From positions 52,826,001-52,890,000 of the forward strand of contig NC_087447.1 in the NCBI RefSeq assembly GCF_036321535.1: 64,000 nucleotides of DNA, given 5' to 3'. A program made the translations under genes and the position numbers. Below are positions 36,801 through 48,419 of this stretch, in pieces; the stretch's first letter is position 1, and every line of letters starts with the position of its first letter. The stretch is from Camelus dromedarius. Lineage: Eukaryota. The notes under the pieces are model-generated. The model was not told the origin of the DNA and ran no database searches. It saw only the letters and a list, made by a program, of their open reading frames with translations.

Positions 36801-38995
36801 ATGCCGGGAAGGCAGGAGTGTGCCCGGAGTACAGGAGGGCAGTCCCGCCTAGAGAACGTTAAAAGGTCCCGGAGAGAGTCTGCATCCTGCTCCCAGCCCC
36901 AGGATGGGGGCTGTAAGGAGCGCCCTCCCCACCAGTAGGTAAGTCTAGAGTTAGTTTTGCTGCCAAAGACCCTAGCGAAAGCTTCCCAGGGTAAGCCTGC
37001 CCCGTTGTGGCCTCATTCTTTCCACCTTTCTCCGTTTTCCAGCCCCCACATTACTGATCTGCCTCAGCCTCCCCTGCAACACTCCAGGTCCCGGTGCCCC
37101 ACAGTCTACACACTGACTGGGACCCTGCTTCCCTGACATCCTCCCTAGTTGTTGCCAACCTTTGCCCCAGGGAAGGGCCGGAGGCTGCTTCCTGGGCTCC
37201 CAGCCAGGCCTGGGCAACTCACTGGGAACTGGGATGTTGCTGCTTGGGGCTGGCTTTCCACAGGGTCACCCATCTGCTTGCCAAGGAAGAACTCACCTAT
37301 CTGCTACCCTCTGGCTAGTGTGGGCTGGACTGGGCTCTCCCCCTCCCTCAGTATTATCCTCTACAGACAGGTCTCCCAGCCCCTACCCTGCACAGTCTAT
37401 GCCTCTTCCTTCATCCCACGACCTGCGGTGCTAAGAGGTGGGTGAGCAGGGAATAGCACAGCCCAGGATGTTTTGTGCCAGAGCCTCTCAATGCAGAAGA
37501 TCATCTCCTTTTAGTATTGTTGTCCGCCTTGTGCCGACTCCAAAACCAGGACCCGAAGATGAGGCTCAGGGCACAAAGGAAGAGCCTCAGCCCACTGTCG
37601 CCTGGCTATACTTTCACCCTTTGTCCTCCACCAAAAAAAAAAAACACATTTGAACACTAGAGAGTGACAGTCACATTTGTTACAGGAGTAAACTTGAATC
37701 TACTTTAAATTTAAAAAGCAAATCATTAGCAAATACCAAATACCAGATGGTGTTACGAGCTATCATTAGTAAAAATTGCTTACACGCACTTCACTACAGA
37801 CATGAAATACTAGTGTAAATAGTGGACAATCACTGGTTTCTCAGAAAAAGGCCCAGCACTCGTCCTCCTCTCTTCCTCTGGTCCCTGGTGCTCCCAGAAA
37901 GACACCCACCACCTGAAAAAAGGGTGTGGGTTGTAAGTAGTATTCAAAATGCTAGTGGAAACCAGTTTCAAGGAACATTCATTGCACACCTGCCATGTAC
38001 CAGACGTTGAGCTGCAGGCTTTAAAATACTCCATCTGATGAAGTCAGGGAGATGAAAGGAGCCAGAATTTGTATTATGAATTACAGCCACCCACACACTA
38101 GGCAGCATGGGCAAGTCCTTTGGTTGGTCACCCCTCCTTTTGTGCACCTGTAAAATGGGGATGGCATTTCCCAGCCCAGCCTATTCTACGAGGTAAAAGA
38201 CCTTATCACCCTGCAGGAGCCCTAAAGTGCCTCACAAGTATTGCTGCTGAAATGATTCTTCTTCACGAAACAGCACTTCACAGGTTTTAAAGCATTTCAT
38301 ATCCATTATGAATTTCATCCTCCCAGCATTCCATGGAGGTGGTCTGGGTTTTGAACTTTTCTGGCACCTTTTGGCAATGCCATCAGAAAGGGGAAAATAT
38401 GGTATTGACCAGAATGTTACCAGCACTTAGAATCTACTGGGTATGACCTGGAATTTTTCAGTGTGAATTTTCTCATTTAAAAAGTGTTCTACATAAGGAT
38501 ATTAACACATGAGTGGGGTTGGTCTGATCTCTTTTGCAGACCATGGGCTCCCTACCAAAGACTGTACCTCAATCAGCTCAGTGTCCTCAGAGACTAATCC
38601 AGCACCTGGAAAACAAGAAGGGCTCCGGGTGCTCCTGAGTCAGCGAATGAATGGGTGCCCATCACTCCCATACAGGAGACTGCCCTGCTGGCCAGGAAGT
38701 GCTGTCAGGAGACCTGAGACTTGGCTGCCTCCCAGTGTAATGAGTACAAGATAAGAAGTTCCCAGAATAAAAGCTGAAATTGTAAACTGGGAAGGGAATA
38801 GATTTATACACACACACATACATATCTATATAATTTAAACATACGAGCATATGTTGCGCTTAATTAAGATCAACAGTGAGCAAATGAGAAGCTGTGTCTC
38901 TGTTGACATCTTAGTTCTTATAACTTTTGATGAACTTATACTTCCTCATTATGACTCTTAAGACATTAAAGGGGCTTTTTAAAAGGAAAGAAATC

Positions 38996-39196
38996 TATTA
39001 TATATAAAATAGGTAAACAACAAGTTTCTACTGTATAGCACAGGGAACTACATTCAATATCTCATAGTAAACTATAATGATAAAGAATATGAAAACGAAT
39101 ATACATATGTATATGTATGACTGAGACGTTATGCTGTACACCAGAAATTGACACACCATTGTAAACTGACTATACTTCAATAAAAAATAATTCAAA
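38996..39196 (+). mobile_element. 5'-truncated lineage-specific L1 3' end
   Basis: aaacaacaagtttctactgtatagcacagggaacta...ttcaataaaaaa; 15-bp TSD aaaaggaaagaaatc (38981-38995) / aaagggagagaaatc (39197-39211) after TTTTT|AAAA. Confidence 0.92.
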
Positions 39197-39959
39197 AAAG
39201 GGAGAGAAATCCTGAGAATTAATCTTGCAAATAAAACAATAAACAGTTTCCCACTTCACTAAATTTACATAATATCGTTTTTATTTAACCAACTTAGGAG
39301 GAGCCAGCTGCATTGATTATGTGCTGAAACACGGAACGACCAACAGCAGGATCAACACAGACCCACCCCCTACGCTGCTGGTCACCGACGCGCCTTTCCT
39401 CTGATTGACATGAGTGTGCACAGAGTGAACAACAGCAATATTTCGCTAAGGCCTGGAGGCTAACAGTATTTGTGCTCTAGACTTTTGGTTAGAAAATGTA
39501 AATAAAGAACCATATCATTTTCATGAAGGTAAAGTCTTTTCTGGATCATTTTTTTTCATGTATTAAAAGGCAATGAATATAATTCAACATTATTGGCAGT
39601 GAGGAGGTGCTCACTTAACAAAAGTTATTGTGGGATTGGCTTGGTGACCTTGTAGAAGTTATTTAATCTCTCTCAGTTTCAGTTTCCTCATCTACAAAAC
39701 AAGAATGATAGTACTAACAATATCTGCTCACAAGGGGAGCTCCGAGGATTATAAAGTCATGGAAGATGCTCAGCAGACCTCTATCATGTATTAAGTGTTG
39801 AGCAAATGTGGATATTACTTCTGTTATTCTGCTCCTAGTTAAAGCCAGATTCTAAAGCTTTTCCTATTGTTCACAACTTCGGATTTTCCTCTTTGGGAAG
39901 AGCATGCAGTGGGATCATTTCTAAGCCTCCCACAGAAACCTTCAGGTCTGTTCCTCTTC

Positions 39960-40080
39960 CTCCAGCACATTCATTGTCTCCCACTTGGCCATTCAGTATA
40001 TTCACCAGACTTGACCTCAAATGACTCAGGATTATTTCTCAACTTCAGCTGAAAAGGCTGTAGATTCGCCCTCATTGAGA
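39960..40080 (+). mobile_element. Mariner transposase relic (MARNA-like)
   Basis: 39990-40037 translates HSVYSPDLTSNDSGLF, resembling the mariner HPPYSPDLAPxD(F/Y)xLF motif. Confidence 0.7.
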
Positions 40081-40869
40081 AGTCTAGACCAATCTTTTAC
40101 TGACAACGTGGGGGTAGGGGGGACAGAGGGAGTCCTTTCTGGAAGGGAGCTCTCCTTATCACTGGCTAAAAGGGGCTGCCATTTAATTTGATCCCCTGAC
40201 TACTTTAGAAAAGCTCGTTTTTTGTGTGTTTATTTTATTTGTTTGGTTGTATAATACATTTCTGCATGGAAAATGTCATGGCAATGAAAGACATTGGAAG
40301 GTTGGACACACGGGAAAAACACTCTTTTTGATATGTGACATTTGATATTTGCATTTCAGGAACTGTATTTGGGAGAGTAGAGACAGAGAAATCTCCAGGG
40401 GACAGAGAAAGAAGTACTCTTGGTTCCCCTAGTGGGAAACAGGGTCATCAGTGATGTTAATGGTCTGATTTTGTAGTCTTGAAGCAGCCTTTTGTATGTA
40501 AGTGTCATCCTGGAAAGAAAGCTGGATGGGGGTTGGAAGCCAGGAAGATCTATCCTAGTGTCTGCCCTCCTGCGGTGTTATCTTTGAGCACATGAGTTCT
40601 CCCTTTTGGATGTCAGTTGAACCATATTTGGAAAATAGTGAGGTCCTTCATACCCATCCTTTTCACCACCAAGGACCGATCCTCTTTTCATTATTTTCTC
40701 CACGGGACCCTATGTTTTGCTAGACTTGCATACAAGACAAACCAGATTGCGAAGCTTATTAATAAGGAGCTTGTGCAAGGGGTACTGGAGACAGCAAATT
40801 GTCCAGAAGCCAAATTAGCCTTTAGAGGGCAATTCTGTCCCAACAGCAGAGATTCACCCCAAGAATAAC

Positions 40870-41115
40870 TCCAGCTGTACTAACTGCAATCATTTATTAG
40901 AAGCTTACAGTGCATCAGACACTCTCTACAATCATCTGGTCTAACCCATACCAAAAGTGGAAGGAAGGTGCCATTTTTCTCCATTTTACAGGTGAGGAAA
41001 CTGAGTCTTGTGAGTGTTCAGCAGCTTGTCTGAGGTTCCATAGCTAGTGAGGATCAGGGGAATGGCTCGGCTCAGGTCCGTCTGACTCCACAGTCCATGC
41101 CTTTAACCACTGAAC
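40870..41115 (-). mobile_element. MIR SINE
   Basis: ccattttacaggtgaggaaactgag...gtctgactccacagtccatgcctttaaccac. Confidence 0.85.
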
Positions 41116-42499
41116 TCAAGAGCCTGTCAGTTCCAATAGAATAATGTTGCTTGTGTAAGACTTAAGGTCTAAAATCAAGAAATATACGGAAAGCTGCATA
41201 GAGTTTTCATTGTCCCTGAAAATCCCTTAAAGCCACAAGAAGGGCAAGATGCTCACACTACAACTGAGATCAAACAGAAAAAGCATCATGTATTCAACTG
41301 AAGTCTGCTCCAGGCACACCTTGTTGGCAGAAGGGTGGGCAGAATTGCTGCCTTATTTCAAATATTTATGTTAACTATTACTTTTCCTTTTCACTTTCTT
41401 TTTTCCCTCCTCCTTTTCTTTATTGAACCCGAATGTTAACACTAGCCAGTGTAGGATGGTACTGTTTTTCAGCCTGTTTAAGTTAAGTGCTTGCACACTG
41501 GGATGTCACAGCACTGCAAGTATGTGGCATGTGATGCTCCCAAGAGCCCACGTGCTCCTTGAGGGTGGGTCCCAGGATATTTCATCAATGGATCCCCAGA
41601 ACCTAACACAACATTTATAGTAGGTGCTCAATGAATGCTGGTTGCATAAATAAATGAATGGACAGAATGGAAACTTCCAGCGATGATCTCCCTGATGCTC
41701 CTTTTCTTCTCTTTTGAAAACCAGCCATTGGCGTAACAATCAACACTGACTATTGCTAACATTATGCTTTATTTACATGTTCCTTCTTTAGAAGTGCTAT
41801 GCTAGGTTACTGGGACAGCCACAAGAGAGACAAAAACTAGTACTCTGGGCTCCAGGAAATATTCCAGTCCAGTCCAGTTCAGTTCTGCCTGGCCCTTACT
41901 AGGACCATGCTCTGGGGCTTGAGGACAGGACTATAGCCATTCGGGAAGCACAGATTCTGCTTGTTTAACATTCAGCCTTAACTGTGTATGTCATGCTTTA
42001 ATGCCACCCTGGGAAATTCCACTCTCAGGAGTTCCCTTGGTCAACGAGACACATCTCTCCTAAGAAGAGTCGGAAAGAGGTCTTGCCCTCCTCTGGGACC
42101 CTTGGCAAGTAACTTGACCTCTCTGAGTCTTATTTGTGTAATGAAGACAATAATAATAATATTTCATAGGGCTGGTGTAAGAATTTGATAAAATGCTGAT
42201 GTATGCCAGCCATGCCGCTGACAGCTCCAGTCTCCATGGTGGAAGGGAACTTACAGTCCAACTGTTTCTCCACCTGACAGAGGAGCCCTCATTTTTAATC
42301 TTCCCAGTAAGTGTTGGTTTGACCTGGTCCTACTTGGAGCAATGGGGGCATCATGTCTGGGGCACAGGTTGATTGTGGGCAACCACTGGTCCAGTCCAGC
42401 AGGGCTCAATCCTTCCCAACGACATGCATGGAAAATCCCCCGTGAGGGCAGGAGTAATCACAGCAGTGATGGCGGCTGTAATAGTGGGGATGAGAGGGA

Positions 42500-42720
42500 A
42501 ATATTTTTTGAGTGGCTCCTGTGCTCTACACGTACTAAGTACACTGTCTCACTCAATCCTCATGACAACCCATAGGGTAGGAACTAATCTATGTCTATTT
42601 TTAAGATGAGGAAACTGAAGCTCAGAGAGGTTAAGAAATTTGCTCAAAGCCCCAAGGTCAACACATGCTAGAGACAGGAATAAAACCCAGATCAACAAAA
42701 TTTCAGAACTCGTAACCTTG
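42500..42720 (-). mobile_element. MIR SINE
   Basis: aatcctcatgacaaccc...gatgaggaaactgaagctcagagaggttaag. Confidence 0.85.
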
Positions 42721-43867
42721 GTTCCCGAGATGTCAAACTACTCTCACACAGAGGCCAGGCATGTCATTAGGATGACATTCCTACAGGCAGGTATGACTGA
42801 GGTGAATTGCAGACCTCCTGCCCTATTTAAATTGGGTGGCTGCTCGTCAGTTTCACTTGAGATGCCGGGGTAGTGGGTGGGGGGCATACAGATACAGAAT
42901 TATTAAATCTATTCATTTTTGCAACAAATCCCAAGAATTTGGATATTTTAATGTGACACAATTTTAAGACATTACCTCAAAAGTTTTGAAATTGCTTCTA
43001 ACCTACCTACCTTCTAAATATTGGTCACTGCTCTTTAAATGCACATTGAAGCTGGTTTCCTGAGAATTATCATTTTGTTCCCTTCTCTCCCACTCAAGTT
43101 CTAATACTGTAGTGGAAGTGAGAGAGGAGACTTTCTTGCCCCAAAAGCAACCACTATGATTATCTGTTATACAGACATTAATCCTAACACTGGGACTTGA
43201 ACTGTCACTTGTGACTGATTGAGAGCCCAAGTGCTGGGGTTGAGGATGGGGTGAGGGGATGGAATGGGAGGGTAGAGGATAGAACTGGGGGTCTGGAGGT
43301 GTTGGCCAGTACAAGGTAGCAAATCTTTAATTGCATACAAAGGAGGGCGGCAGGCAGGGAAGCCTGGTGGTTGACTTGACCACAGAAGCCACGAGGGATC
43401 CACCCTCTTCCTCCGCTGTGGCAGCGAGATCCAACCCTTTCTCCAAAATCTCCAGGCAACATAGATTTCACAGCCTCCTGTAAAAGGACTGTCTCTTGGC
43501 CCCTGCCCAGCTTCCAGGCGCTTTCCCAGTCCTGCTTGCTGAGCAGTTTAACCTCGTGTCCCCTCCTGGACTAATTAAAATAATTGTAAACGTGGTATTT
43601 ATAGATTGACTCAAACCATTCCTTTTTCCACAAAAAGAATCTGAGGGGCCTAATGTACACAGCAAGGACCATCTACTGAAGAGCTTTCACCCGATTTTGT
43701 CATTTAACCCTCACGACGACATCCTCATATTACACAGGCAGGGACTGAGGGTCAGAGAGGTGACAGAACTTGCCCGGGTCACTTAGTGAGTAAATACCAG
43801 AGCTGGAAATTCTAAACTGGCCTCCTGGCTTTGATACTGCTGTGTGGTTTCTTGTACTCGACTCTGA

Positions 43868-43987
43868 TGGAGCAAGGATGGAGGCGGTGACACAGTGGCC
43901 GACCCCCTACCACACCCACCCCCCAGCACTGGAGCCAGGATGGAGGCGGTGACACAGTGGCCGACCTCTTACCACCCCCGCCCCCCC
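43868..43987. repeat. Two-copy 62-bp tandem duplication
   Basis: Identical core aggatggaggcggtgacacagtggccgacc repeated at period 62. Confidence 0.9.
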
Positions 43988-44781
43988 ACATAATCGGCAG
44001 CATGGGCAGCAGACCAGGAACAGGACAGCAGCAACCACAAAAGCCCTGCTCTCCCAACCCTCTTCTTTCATTCAGCTCTCTGAAGGCAGGAATTACTATC
44101 AACAGAATGTCACTGAGGATACAGTCATACCCCTCACAAACTTCCAGTCCTCTGCTCCACGTCGCGCACACACTAGGTCCATGACATTCCTGGCTACCAG
44201 GGCATTGACTGCTGCATTCGCTGATTTTATAGTTTCTTAATTTATGTTTTACATAGTTTTTCCTCATGATAATTCAAAAGTAAGATAGCTTTTGATATGC
44301 TTTTAAGATATCAGTGTAAAGGTTTTTTTTTTTCAGTTGTTTAAAATGGCAAACACACAATAATTTATTCCATTGTCAGAATGATATACCATCTTTGTCA
44401 TCTATGTGTCTGGTAACAGTATATTTAAATGATCTGCTGTATAACTTCTGCCAGAAACTCAGAAAGGCACTGATATTCGAATGAGATAGTCTAAGAAAGT
44501 ATTAACTATTTGGTTTTCTTTTTCTTCTTAAGGGTTTTTTTTTTTGTTTTTTTTGTTTTTTTTTTTTGCTATTTATGTTTTATTTTGGCCCAACTTTCTT
44601 GAGTATCTACAGGGAAAAAGCTGCTTTCTTCTTTTCAAATTAAAAAATGTATGTAGATCTCTTTGGAATTTATCTTTTTATACTTTCAAAATTCCTAGAG
44701 TTTCTTACCAACCCATGGTATAGCAGAACTGTCTTAAGAAAAGCTGGATGAAGTCACATGTTGGTATAATGGTTGTTTACA

Positions 44782-45069
44782 CAGTGGATCCCTGAACGAC
44801 ACAGGTTTGAACTGCACGGGTCCACTTACATACGTTTTTGGGTTTTTTTTTTGTTTTGTTTTTTTCCAGTACTACATCCCACAGCAGTACATGATCTGTG
44901 GTTGGCTGAATATGTGGATGCAGAACTGTGGATACTGATGGAGGGAATGCATATGTGGAGGAACCTTGGACAAGACAGAACTACATGTATGGAGGGCGGA
45001 CTATAAGTCATACGTGGATTTTCAACTGCATGGAGGGTTGGTACCTCTATGTTGCTCAAGGGTCAAATG
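44782..45069. mobile_element. Tigger2/MER8-like TcMar-Tigger MITE
   Basis: TIRs cagtggatccctgaacgacac / gttgctcaagggtcaaatg; gtttgaactgcacgggtccactta. Confidence 0.85.
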
Positions 45070-45178
45070 TGTATTGGTCTTTCACAAATTTGTAAAATAA
45101 GTATTCATAACTCGTGTTGCTCAAGGGTCAAATGTGTATTGGTCTTTCACAAATTTGTAAAATAAGTATTCATAACTC
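45050..45178. repeat. Perfect 64-bp tandem duplication with 1-bp spacer
   Basis: 45050-45113 identical to 45115-45178. Confidence 0.95.
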
Positions 45179-45997
45179 CTATGTGATGCCTTGGATGGAG
45201 TTCTCAAGTAATGCCTGGCTGACAGAAAGACTGGGATGCTAGTGGTGACACAAACCTTCAAATTTACTTCCAAACTGCTCCTATTACAGCTCTGCAAATT
45301 GAGGTCCATGAAAACTAAATGACTTGTTTCAGGTAACATAGCATGCTGTTGTGACAAAAGTTGGCTACAGTGTGAAACTAGGCTAGGTGAGATTTGAGGG
45401 CCAAGGCCCAGAACAGAGATGAATGGCTTTCCTCTTAGACCACTGATTGTCTCCCAACATAGGCTGTGCGTCTCTGACAATTTCCATCCTTGAAAAGTCA
45501 GGGTCCTGCGGTATGCAATCTCACTTTTCTGGATAAGAGTGAGATGGGTCTAAATCTCAGCATTTTTGGAACTTGATTAGAAGTCACAATGTCTCCTTCA
45601 ACATTTTCCCAAGGAGGGTGTATGTCCCTTAAGCAAATAAGACTCTGTCTCCTCTGAGCTTCCTGGTCAAAGTGTCCCAGGAGGCAACCAGTCATTCACA
45701 CATTAGTATGTTTTAACTCTCTCTAAAAAGATAAATCTTTGAGGCTAAGACTCTGAAAGGCTAGAGGTGAGTTAGGGGAAGGTAATGCTCTGCTCTCTCC
45801 TCTTTGTGCTGTGAAATTCTATTTATTTGTTAAGATTCTGCTCAAATGTCATTTCTTCCAGAAAGCCTTCCTTGATCTCTCTTGTTAGAGAGATTGCTCT
45901 CTTTTTGCTGCTTCAATAAATAATATATTTTCTTATATTCTAGCCCAGTACTTCTCATAATTTCTTCCACATGTTCAGTTATTTGTGTGTTCATCCT

Positions 45998-46130
45998 TTT
46001 TGGGGGGTTGTTGGGGTAGGGGAGGTAATTAGGTTTATTTATTTATTTGTTTTTAATAGCAGTACTGGGATAGAACTCAGGACCTCATGCATGCTGAGCA
46101 CACACTCTATCACTGAGCTTTACCCTCCCC
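45998..46130 (-). mobile_element. Camelid tRNA-derived SINE (Vic-1 type) inserted in an L2
   Basis: ggggaggtaattaggtttatttattt...gtactgggatagaactcaggacctcatgcatgct...actgagctttaccctcccc; TSD tttgtgtgttcatcct / tctgtgtgtttatctt. Confidence 0.88.
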
Positions 46131-46975
46131 TCTGTGTGTTTATCTTATATTCCTTATGTTTATTCCAGGACTGGGAGCCCCTCGAGGGCAGTGGGTACTT
46201 TTACTTCCTTACCCTCATGTATTGGCTAACTCAGAAAAGGTAAGGTTATCTTTTGGTATCTTAAAGCTTTGAAATTACTTCAAAGTCAGATGTAACGTGG
46301 TTATGGACAGTTTTGCACAGCCTTCTCTGGCTCCTGGGCTATCTCTCTGCAGCCAAGTTTGTACCACCTGAAAAGGAGACTTCAGTCTCCTCTCTACTCT
46401 CATAGTCAAGTGCAGAACCAGAGGTCCCTACCCAGTGTGTACTGCGTACCTATCTGCTCTGGTTTTAGTTAATGCAGGATAGATTCCCAGCTATGGCTCT
46501 TCCCAGCTTGGTGATCCTGAACAAGTTACATCATCTCCCTCTTCAGTTTCCTCTTTTATAAAATAGACATAATACTTGCCTCTTAAGGCTGTCGTTCTGA
46601 GGATTGGGGATATTACATCTGCAGTACTTAGCACAATGTTTTGCACATAGTAATCTCAGCAAGTAGTAGCAATTATTATTTTTTCAATGAGGTAAAGAAC
46701 AAAAAATGCTTAACAGTGTTGGGCATATAGCAAGGACTGTGTGTAAGCTGACATTTTTGTTCTTGTCTTAGGAAAGTAGCAAAATGTAGTTGTTAAGAGC
46801 AAAAGCTTTGGAATCTGCTTTGGGTCAAATCCCTGTTTGCTAATTGCCAGTGAAGATATTTCGGGAAAATTACTTAACATTTCCAAGAGCAGATTCCTCA
46901 TCCCTAAGATGGGGGATATTGCTACCTTATAGAATTGTTACGATGATTTAGAGAGGGAAAAAGGATTTCAAAAGT

Positions 46976-47514
46976 TGTGATAGATGGCATTTACTAAAGA
47001 TGGCCACAAAAATATCTCTCATCCGACACGTTCTTCCAGGGCCTGTCACCACCCACCCCACCCCATCAAGAGCCAGAGTCTAATTTCGCTCTCCTGGAAC
47101 CTAGGTGGGTTTGTGGGCCACTGTAATCTACAGAATGCAGCAGTCGTGACAATGGGTCACCTCCTGGGCCAGGCCATAAAAATGTGCCTTGGCTTCCACC
47201 TGTTGCCACTTGCTTTTGGAACCCTGAGCTGCCACGTAAGAAGTCCACAAGCGGAGAGGAAGTGCAGGCCACGTGAAGAGGCCACTCTAGGCGCCCTGCC
47301 AATGGCCCCAGCGGAGCCCCAGCCAATGTCCAGCATCAGCTGCACAGATATGGGGTGAAGATGTTTCTTGGTGATTCCGGCCTTTGAGCCTTCCCAGCTG
47401 AGGACGCAGACATCGGGCTGTAGAGAGGCTGTTCTTGCTTGACCCACAGAAACTGAGTTGTTTTAAGCTGTGGATTTTGGATTAATTTGTTATGCAGCAA
47501 TAGTTATCGGGACA
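46976..47514 (+). mobile_element. Older MLT1 (G/H-like) MaLR LTR inserted in a MIR
   Basis: aaagatggccaca...ggaaccctgagctgccacgtaagaagtcca...tttgttatgcagcaatag. Confidence 0.8.
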
Positions 47515-47639
47515 GAGTTCCAGTAAAGCGCTAGGACACAGTAAAGATCGGATAAGAGGAAGCAACAGTATGCTATTACAGCAGTTACTAGAGTTACGAT
47601 TATCCCATGGGGGCATGTCCACCTGAGAAGCCCTAGTGT

Positions 47640-47830
47640 GCTCGCCCGCTGCCTGGAGAACCCCGCCCTTCAGGCTTCTGCCCCGCCCACCAGCCTCTCA
47701 GCCAATGGGAATCCAGCCTGTAAGCCTCCCTCTGCCCGCCCCTCCTCCTGGTTGTTGGGGCGGAAGAGATGGAGCCTGTGCCGAAGTGATTTTTATTGGC
47801 GTCCGGAGTCAAAACCGCGGCAGTGCTGGG
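47640..47830. promoter_or_regulatory. Orphan promoter-like/enhancer element (GC boxes + CCAAT)
   Basis: CCCCGCCC 47661 and 47681, CCCGCCCC 47735, GGGGCGG 47757, CCAAT 47702, ATTGG 47795; local CpG enrichment. Confidence 0.45.
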
Positions 47831-48139
47831 AGCCCTCCTTCCTTGTTTGGGCACAGCTGTCTGCGCCGACCTGCAGCGAGGAGCGAGAGCTCCAGCTGCT
47901 TTTGTGTAGGACTGGCCGGCCTTGCCTGGGTGCGAACAGCCTCGTTAATCTCCTGTCCTCTGCCGCTGCTACACGGTGACTGGACAGAGGTCAGCTTCAT
48001 TGGACACATTCTTTGTTGCAGTTAAGCCAAGCCCTTCAGCTCTCAGAATTGGTTTAAGCTTGATTAACTCGTGAGGAAAAGGAAAATTTACATTTGGGGG
48101 ACTGGAGAATAAGATGCTTAAGCTGCTCTCTTAAACATA

Positions 48140-48419
48140 AATGCTTTTCCATCTTGCTACTTTCAAAGCTTTGCTTCCTCACTTGCTTGCTCTCACTCTC
48201 TCTCTCTCTCCCTCCCTTCTTCCCACTCCTCACCCCCTTCTACTCCTCTACTCCCTTCCCCTCCTTTTGCTCTCAAACTGGCTTTCTCTCTCCTCTCCTC
48301 CACTCTACTGTTTGCTCTCTTTTTCCCCCTCCCTCTGCACCCTCTCTGTTCTCTCCCATACCTTCCCTTTCTCTCCATTGTGTCTCCCCATTTTCCTCTC
48401 TCTGCTTGTCTCCTTCCAG
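48140..48419. repeat. CT-rich polypyrimidine tract
   Basis: ~280 nt of C/T on + strand. Confidence 0.9.

Noticed and set aside
43868..45178. Direct repeats as a CRISPR-like array
   Set aside because: Only two copies each, no repeat-spacer periodicity, no cas genes, eukaryotic context
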